DNA of 64,000 nucleotides from NCBI RefSeq assembly GCF_054482595.1, contig NZ_CM137008.1; one strand, 5' to 3'. Shown piece by piece: positions 57,993 to 64,000 of this stretch (position 1 is its first letter; each line of letters starts with the position of its first letter). The notes under the pieces were generated by a model. It saw only the letters and a program-made list of their open reading frames with translations, ran no database searches and was not told where the DNA came from. The position numbers and the translations under genes were made by a program.

Positions 57993-58162
57993 ATGATGTT
58001 TCTTTTTATTGAATATATATAAATAACGAATAACTGCGGATTCTGATAATCCACCTGCAGGGAGCAATCCGGTAAACATTTAATACATCAGTTAATATCG
58101 TTTTGCCTTTTTAACAAAGAAAATATTCATGGAGTAAGTTCCCGGGCATTTGCCCGGGATGA

Positions 58163-59428
58163 TTACTGTTTTAATGGATTATTAATCTTTGCATATTCAA
58201 ATGGACTGATAAATTTTTCTCTGTTTGCATCCAGAAAATCGGCCCACCATTGTAGCATCAAGCGGCGTTCTTCCAGATGCTCTGCTTTATGAATGTAAGC
58301 AGCACGTACACCGTTACGTTCCTGATGGCTCATCTGACGTTCCACAGCATCGCGGGACCACAAACCTGATTCAATCAATGCACTGCACGCCATCGCCCGG
58401 AATCCATGGCCACAGACTTCCTGGGTTGTGTCATACCCCATCACCCTCAGGGCTTTATTTACAGTATTTTCACTGATTGGTTTACGCGGGTCATGTGCAC
58501 CCGTAAATATCAGACCATTTTCACCTGCCCATGTCTGAAGTTCTGTCAGTATGGCTACAGCCTGTTTGCTGAGTGGCACAAGATGTGGTGTTCGCATCTT
58601 GGAGCCCCGGTGTGAGAATTTTACGCCTGGCAGAGGTTCGCGTTCGGCTGGAATAGTCCACTTGGCATTGTCAATATCAATTTCAGACCAGCGGGCATAT
58701 CTGAGTTCACTGGAACGAATAAAAACCAGTAAATTCAGCATAACTGCCAGTCGGGTGACAGGCTGGCCTTTATAACCGTCAATACGCGACAGAAGTTCAG
58801 GCAAGCGTGAAAGATCCAGAGCAGGGCGATGCTGGCGTTTTACCGTGGTCAATGCACCAGCCATATCCAGAGCCGGGTTATATCTGATGATGCCTGACTG
58901 TACGGCATAACGCATTACAGCAGATATTCTTTGCTGCAGACGACTGGCGATTTCATAAATTTGTTTTGCTTCTGCAGCACGAACAGGGATAAGCAGATCC
59001 GGGGTATTGAGTGTTGTGATATCCCGGTTGCCGATAAAGGGGAAAACGTGTGTCTCGAGGCTTTTGAGTACTTTATCGCTGTGTGATTGTGCCCATTGTT
59101 TATTACTGGCATGCCAGCGTCGTGCAATATGTTCAAAAGAGAGCTGTAAATCAGGGACAACTTTTTTAACTCTTTTCTGTTCGCAAGGGTCAATCCCTTC
59201 TGAAATCAGTTTTCGGGCCTCATCCCGTTTTGTACGAGCTTCGGAGAGAGAAACTTCTGGATACACACCAAGTGCCAGAGTCTTCTCCTTACCCAGAATA
59301 CGATAACGGAGACGCCAGTAACGGGAACCATTAGGATGAACCAGCAGGAACATGCCGGCCCCGTCAGTGAGTTTATAAGCCTTGTCAGTGGGCTTTGCAG
59401 CCCGGATTTTTGCGTCAGTCAGTGCCAT
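58163..59428 (-). CDS. int: P4-type tyrosine integrase, 421 aa
   Basis: MALTDAKIRAAKPTDKAYKLTDGAGMFLLVHPNGSRYWRLRYRILGKEKTLALGVYPEVSLSEAR... is the IntB/CP4-like N-terminus. It has the C-terminal HGFRAMA..., ...ERQMSHQERNGVRAAY catalytic region. It lies 197 bp from the 3' end of the tRNA. Confidence 0.92.
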   Translation of the reverse strand: MALTDAKIRAAKPTDKAYKLTDGAGMFLLVHPNGSRYWRLRYRILGKEKTLALGVYPEVSLSEARTKRDEARKLISEGIDPCEQKRVKKVVPDLQLSFEHIARRWHASNKQWAQSHSDKVLKSLETHVFPFIGNRDITTLNTPDLLIPVRAAEAKQIYEIASRLQQRISAVMRYAVQSGIIRYNPALDMAGALTTVKRQHRPALDLSRLPELLSRIDGYKGQPVTRLAVMLNLLVFIRSSELRYARWSEIDIDNAKWTIPAEREPLPGVKFSHRGSKMRTPHLVPLSKQAVAILTELQTWAGENGLIFTGAHDPRKPISENTVNKALRVMGYDTTQEVCGHGFRAMACSALIESGLWSRDAVERQMSHQERNGVRAAYIHKAEHLEERRLMLQWWADFLDANREKFISPFEYAKINNPLKQ

Positions 59429-59625
59429 AGTTCAGCCTTCTGAATGCGTTAAAGAGGGTACAAATTCTGTCGAACTGGGGTATACCCGCAATTATACCCA
59501 CACAATGAGGTTGATGTGGGGGGAATCTGGTTGAGTTCGGTAGAATTGATTTGGAGGCAGAACGCTTAAATTGTGGCGTTCTGAAACGAAAAACGGACCT
59601 CCGTGGAGGTCCGTTGATATGAATT

Positions 59626-59701
59626 TGGTGCCCGGACTCGGAATCGAACCAAGGACACGGGGATTTTCAATCCCCTGCTCTACCGACTGAGCTATCCGGG
59701 C
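59626..59701 (-). tRNA. pheV: tRNA-Phe (GAA)
   Basis: The reverse complement reads GCCCGGATAGCTCAGTCGGTAGAGCAGGGGATTGAAAATCCCCGTGTCCTTGGTTCGATTCCGAGTCCGGGCACCA (76 nt, anticodon GAA). The yqgA neighbour identifies it as the pheV copy. Confidence 0.97.
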
Positions 59702-59806
59702 AACGGGGCGCATTAAACCTGATTCGCCTCGTCTCGTCAATCAAATTTCTTCAATTTACTGCAGACTGCACAATCTATCATCACTTTGCCGCTATTGCAC
59801 GCATTG

Positions 59807-60514
59807 TCAGGCAAACCAGGCGGTCCAGGCGGCGGAAAGCGGCATTGCCAGAAGGAGTGCTGGAAGCATGTTGACCACCGGGAACATTTTAATGCCACAG
59901 ATGCGTAATCCGGTTGCCAGCAGCAATAAACCGCCTACGGCGCTGAAGTCTGCCATCATCGACGGTGTGGTCAGCGGTAATATCAGCGTGGCAGCCCACG
60001 CCAGCGTTAACTGGATGATCAGTAATGGGATACTAATCACCGATACCGCAATACCCAGCGAGCAGGCGAAGATCATCGCCGTAAAGAAATCAAGAAATGA
60101 CTTGGCGATTAAAATACTCGGATCGCCGGTCATCCCTTCGTTCATCGCCCCGAAGATCCCGGTGCCGCTGGCGCAAAACAGGACAATAATCGCGACATAA
60201 TTCTGAATAAAAGATTCATGCGCTGGCTTCTTACGTGAGTGACGAAACAGATTTTGTGCTTTGGCGACCGCTGTATTGACGCCTTTCTCCAGCAGACAAA
60301 TTTCGCCGATTAATGCTCCGAGTAAGGTTGCTAAAACCATCGCCGGAAGGTTGGCGCATTTCACCACCAGTAAAATACCAATCCCCAGCGATGCCAGACC
60401 AAAAATTGATGTCATGGAGACGCGGATACGTTCCGGTAAGCGTTGGCTAAGCAGTGCACCGAGCATGCCACCCAGTAATATTGCACTTGCGTTGATAAAA
60501 GGGCCGATGACCAC
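59807..60514 (-). CDS. yqgA: Inner-membrane DUF554 protein YqgA, 235 aa
   Basis: MVIGPFINASAILLGGMLGALLSQRLPERIRVSMTSIFGLASLGIGILLVVK... is K-12 YqgA. Confidence 0.92.
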   Translation of the reverse strand: MVIGPFINASAILLGGMLGALLSQRLPERIRVSMTSIFGLASLGIGILLVVKCANLPAMVLATLLGALIGEICLLEKGVNTAVAKAQNLFRHSRKKPAHESFIQNYVAIIVLFCASGTGIFGAMNEGMTGDPSILIAKSFLDFFTAMIFACSLGIAVSVISIPLLIIQLTLAWAATLILPLTTPSMMADFSAVGGLLLLATGLRICGIKMFPVVNMLPALLLAMPLSAAWTAWFA

Positions 60515-60912
60515 AAGAGTTCCTGTTAACTGTATTGTTTGATTTTCTTATTATGAACTTTTTGCCTTGTTGATGGCTTGTCTAGTCGCAAAGTCCTGGC
60601 TTGCACGCCTTAGCGAAAGGTGCCATGATTGCGCGAATTTTCTCCTCTCTGTACGGAGTTTGCCCGATGCACGCCATCTCCTTACATTCTCTCGCTTATC
60701 GCCGTTTCGCGCGAAACCCTTCTCTTTTTATGCTACTGCTCATGCGGTGAAGTTAACGCACGTTCACTGCAGGACAACAGTAAAATCAGAGCGTTTCTGC
60801 TTTTACTGATGTCTGGCGGTCGGAGCTGGTGACCAGTTTGACCCATATCTCATGGGGCAGGGTTTTACACCTTGTCCGGTATTCTTACTTCCCCGAAACG
60901 GGTTTTGCGCTT

Positions 60913-63048
60913 ATGAAATCAATGAATATTGCCGCCAGTAGTGAACTGGTATCCCGACTTTCTACTCATCGCCGCGTGGTGGCGTTGGGAGATACTGATT
61001 TTACGGACGTCGCGGCAGTCGTCATTACCGCTGCGGATAGTCGCAGTGGCATTCTTACGTTGCTTAAGCGCACCGGTTTTCATCTACCGGTGTTTTTGTA
61101 TTCCGAACATGCTGTTGAATTACCTGCGGGCGTTACGGCGGTAATCAACGGCAACGAGCAGCATTGGCTGGAGCTGGAATCCGCAGCCTGTCAGTATGAA
61201 GAGAATTTGCTGCCACCGTTTTATGACACGCTGACGCAGTACGTTGAGATGGGCAACAGCACCTTTGCTTGCCCTGGGCATCAACATGGTGCGTTTTTTA
61301 AAAAGCATCCTGCCGGACGCCATTTTTACGATTTCTTTGGTGAGAACGTCTTTCGCGCCGATATGTGTAATGCTGACGTAAAATTGGGCGATCTGCTTAT
61401 TCATGAAGGATCGGCGAAAGATGCGCAGAAATTCGCAGCCAAAGTCTTTCATGCCGATAAAACCTATTTTGTACTGAACGGCACATCGGCAGCGAATAAA
61501 GTGGTGACGAATGCGCTATTAACGCGTGGCGATCTGGTGCTCTTCGACCGTAACAACCATAAGTCGAATCATCACGGCGCGCTGATTCAGGCGGGGGCGA
61601 CGCCGGTCTATCTGGAAGCTTCACGCAACCCGTTTGGTTTCATTGGCGGTATTGATGCGCACTGTTTTAATGAAGAGTATCTGCGCCAGCAAATTCGCGA
61701 CGTTGCGCCAGAAAAAGCCGACCTGCCGCGCCCGTTTCGCCTGGCGATTATTCAGCTGGGAACCTATGACGGCACTGTCTATAACGCCCGTCAGGTGATC
61801 GATACCATTGGGCATCTGTGTGATTACATTCTGTTTGATTCCGCGTGGGTCGGTTACGAACAGTTTATCCCGATGATGGCGGATAGCTCGCCGCTGCTGT
61901 TAGAACTTAACGAAAACGATCCAGGGATCTTTGTGACTCAGTCGGTGCACAAACAGCAGGCGGGATTCTCACAGACGTCGCAGATCCATAAAAAAGATAA
62001 CCATATCCGCGGACAGGCGCGTTTTTGCCCGCATAAGCGGTTGAATAACGCCTTTATGCTCCATGCTTCTACCAGCCCTTTCTATCCGCTGTTTGCTGCA
62101 CTGGATGTTAACGCCAAAATTCATGAAGGGGAGAGTGGGCGTCGGCTGTGGGCTGAGTGCGTTGAGTTGGGTATTGAGTCGCGCAAGGCTATTCTTGCGC
62201 GCTGTAAGCTGTTCCGCCCGTTTATCCCGCCCGTTGTTGATGGCAAATTGTGGCAGGATTATCCGACATCAGTGTTAGCCAGCGACCGCCGTTTTTTCAG
62301 TTTTGAGCCGGGGGCGAAGTGGCACGGCTTTGAAGGATATGCCGCGGATCAGTATTTTGTTGATCCGTGCAAGCTGTTACTCACTACACCAGGTATCGAT
62401 GCCGAAACCGGCGAGTATAGCGACTTTGGCGTTCCGGCGACGATTCTGGCGCACTATCTGCGTGAGAACGGCATTGTGCCGGAGAAGTGCGATCTCAACT
62501 CCATTCTGTTCTTATTAACTCCGGCGGAAAGCCAAGAGAAGCTGGCACAACTGGTGGCGATGCTGGCGCAATTTGAACAGCATATTGAGGATGACTCGCC
62601 GCTGGCTGAGGTGTTGCCGAGCGTTTATAACAAATATCCGGTGCGCTATCGCGACTACACCCTGCGCCAGTTGTGTCAGGAGATGCACGATCTGTATGTC
62701 AGTTTCGACGTCAAAGACCTACAAAAAGCGATGTTCCGCCAGCAGAGTTTCCCGTCAGTGGTGATGAACCCCCAGGATGCGCATAGCGCTTATATTCGCG
62801 GTGACGTGGAGTTGGTGCGGATTCGTGATGCCGAAGGGCGAATTGCGGTAGAAGGGGCGTTGCCTTATCCACCTGGCGTGCTTTGCGTGGTACCCGGGGA
62901 AGTCTGGGGTGGGGCGGTTCAACGTTATTTCCTTGCACTGGAAGAAGGGGTGAATTTGTTGCCGGGATTTTCGCCGGAGCTGCAAGGTGTTTATAGCGAA
63001 ACCGATGCGGATGGCATGAAACGGTTGTACGGTTATGTGTTGAAGTAA
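60913..63048 (+). CDS. speC: Constitutive ornithine decarboxylase, 711 aa
   Basis: ORF track 60829..63048. The ATG at 60913 gives MKSMNIAASSELVSRLSTHRRVVALGDTDFTD..., which is K-12 SpeC. Confidence 0.95.
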   Translation: MKSMNIAASSELVSRLSTHRRVVALGDTDFTDVAAVVITAADSRSGILTLLKRTGFHLPVFLYSEHAVELPAGVTAVINGNEQHWLELESAACQYEENLLPPFYDTLTQYVEMGNSTFACPGHQHGAFFKKHPAGRHFYDFFGENVFRADMCNADVKLGDLLIHEGSAKDAQKFAAKVFHADKTYFVLNGTSAANKVVTNALLTRGDLVLFDRNNHKSNHHGALIQAGATPVYLEASRNPFGFIGGIDAHCFNEEYLRQQIRDVAPEKADLPRPFRLAIIQLGTYDGTVYNARQVIDTIGHLCDYILFDSAWVGYEQFIPMMADSSPLLLELNENDPGIFVTQSVHKQQAGFSQTSQIHKKDNHIRGQARFCPHKRLNNAFMLHASTSPFYPLFAALDVNAKIHEGESGRRLWAECVELGIESRKAILARCKLFRPFIPPVVDGKLWQDYPTSVLASDRRFFSFEPGAKWHGFEGYAADQYFVDPCKLLLTTPGIDAETGEYSDFGVPATILAHYLRENGIVPEKCDLNSILFLLTPAESQEKLAQLVAMLAQFEQHIEDDSPLAEVLPSVYNKYPVRYRDYTLRQLCQEMHDLYVSFDVKDLQKAMFRQQSFPSVVMNPQDAHSAYIRGDVELVRIRDAEGRIAVEGALPYPPGVLCVVPGEVWGGAVQRYFLALEEGVNLLPGFSPELQGVYSETDADGMKRLYGYVLK

Positions 63049-63052
63049 GAAT

Positions 63053-63088
63053 AAAAAAAACGGGTCGCCTTCTGGCGACCCGTTTTTC
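63053..63088. terminator. Bidirectional terminator between convergent speC and nupG
   Basis: AAAAAAAA-CGGGTCGCC-ttct-GGCGACCCG-TTTTTC. Confidence 0.85.
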
Positions 63089-63097
63089 TTTGCGTAA

Positions 63098-64000
63098 TTA
63101 GTGGCTAACCGTCTGTGTACCTGTCGGGACACGAACGTGTTTATATTTGAACATCGCCATGAACGCGAAGGCCAGAACCACGGAGTAACCAGCGAAAATC
63201 AACCATACGGTCTGCCAGTCGGTAATGCCGTTTTGGGTGTACATCTCAACAACTTTACCGCTCACGATGCCGCCGAGGATACAGCCGAAGCCGTTAGTCA
63301 TCATCAGGAACATCCCTTGTGCACTGGCGCGAATTGCCGGGCTAACTTCTTTTTCGACAAACACCGAACCAGAGATGTTGAAGAAGTCGAATGCGCAACC
63401 GTAAACGATCATCGACAGTACCAGCAGTACAGTACCGAACGGAGTCGGGTCGCCGTAAGCAAACAGCGCAAAACGCAGGATCCACGCCACAATACTGATC
63501 ATCATTACGTTCTTAATACCGTAGCGGCTTAAGAAGAACGGGATGGTCAGAATGAACAGGGTTTCAGAGATCTGCGAAATCGACATGATGATTGACGCAT
63601 GCTGCACAATAAAGCTGCTGGCAAACATCGGATCTTTGTCGAAGCTGTGCAGGAAGGTATTACCGAACATGTTGGTAATCTGCAGTTCCGCGCCCAGCAG
63701 CATTGAGAAGATGAAGAAGATTGCCATACGCTTGTTTTTAAACAGCGCGAATGCATCGAGGCCCAGCAGGGTTGTCCAGCTCTGATTCGCTTGCTGTTTA
63801 GCAACCGGAATATGCGGCAGAGTCAGGGTAAACAGAACCAGAATGGCGGAAAGTGCTGCGCCAATATACAGCTGCATGTGGCTTAATTCGAAGCCAGACA
63901 GGCTCACCACCCACATTGCCATGATAAAGCCGATGGTGCCCCAGATACGGATTGGCGGGAAGTCAGTAACGATATCCATCCCGGCATTTTGCAGGCGATA
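63098..64000 (-). CDS. nupG: Nucleoside:H+ symporter NupG, C-terminal ~300 codons (5' end beyond the window)
   Basis: ...MDIVTDFPPIRIWGTIGFIMAMWVVSLSGFELSHMQLYIGAALSAILVLF...KHVRVPTGTQTVSH* is the K-12 NupG C-terminus. The frame stays open to position 64000. Confidence 0.93.
   Translation of the reverse strand, partial: YRLQNAGMDIVTDFPPIRIWGTIGFIMAMWVVSLSGFELSHMQLYIGAALSAILVLFTLTLPHIPVAKQQANQSWTTLLGLDAFALFKNKRMAIFFIFSMLLGAELQITNMFGNTFLHSFDKDPMFASSFIVQHASIIMSISQISETLFILTIPFFLSRYGIKNVMMISIVAWILRFALFAYGDPTPFGTVLLVLSMIVYGCAFDFFNISGSVFVEKEVSPAIRASAQGMFLMMTNGFGCILGGIVSGKVVEMYTQNGITDWQTVWLIFAGYSVVLAFAFMAMFKYKHVRVPTGTQTVSH

Noticed and set aside
59492-59740. 82-aa minus-strand ORF overlapping tRNA-Phe
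   Set aside because: It is translated straight through the tRNA gene and its terminator, so it is spurious.

Overview
This is an Escherichia coli-type chromosome. The right-hand 4.4 kb (59,626-64,000) is conserved backbone in the order pheV (tRNA-Phe), yqgA, speC, nupG. That is the reverse of K-12 orientation, and nupG runs off the window. Everything left of the tRNA is a pheV-integrated genomic island of at least 59.6 kb whose far end lies outside the window. The island opens with a P4-type integrase and is a patchwork of three kinds of DNA. (i) IS debris: at least six IS66-family pieces, one apparently intact ISL3-family element sitting in an IS21 remnant, one IS1, one intact IS3-family element, an IS629-like stub and an IS605-type tnpB remnant. 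(ii) Blocks that look like E. coli core or KpLE2/leuX-island DNA transplanted here: citCDEFXG plus acnB; garD'-agaR-kbaZ'::'kbaY through 'rsmI; 'sgcE-sgcR with yjhH-yjhG-yjhF-yjhU; and the mtnK-mtnA-ald2 DHAP-shunt cluster. (iii) Low-GC cassettes of two or three genes that pair a transporter with a hydrolase or lyase: an AbgA-like M20 enzyme with a DcuC-like carrier and a LysR regulator; a PepT-like enzyme with an MFS carrier; a PatB-like C-S lyase with an NhaC-like carrier; and a PTS EIICB with a MalY-like lyase and a secreted glycosidase-like protein. I found no rRNA, no CRISPR array, and no recognisable phage-defence or secretion system. The best candidate for an undescribed system is the co-directional 10-gene array at 4708-14746 with its divergent GntR gene. 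It joins a lactonase-type amidohydrolase and an anion-type MFS carrier to a promoter-less citCDEFXG that lacks citT and dpiAB, followed directly by a full-length acnB. This reads as a rewired tricarboxylate (or tricarboxylate-lactone) fermentation operon. All homology statements come from reading the supplied translations against remembered protein sequences. No searches were run, so identity levels and family assignments are estimates.
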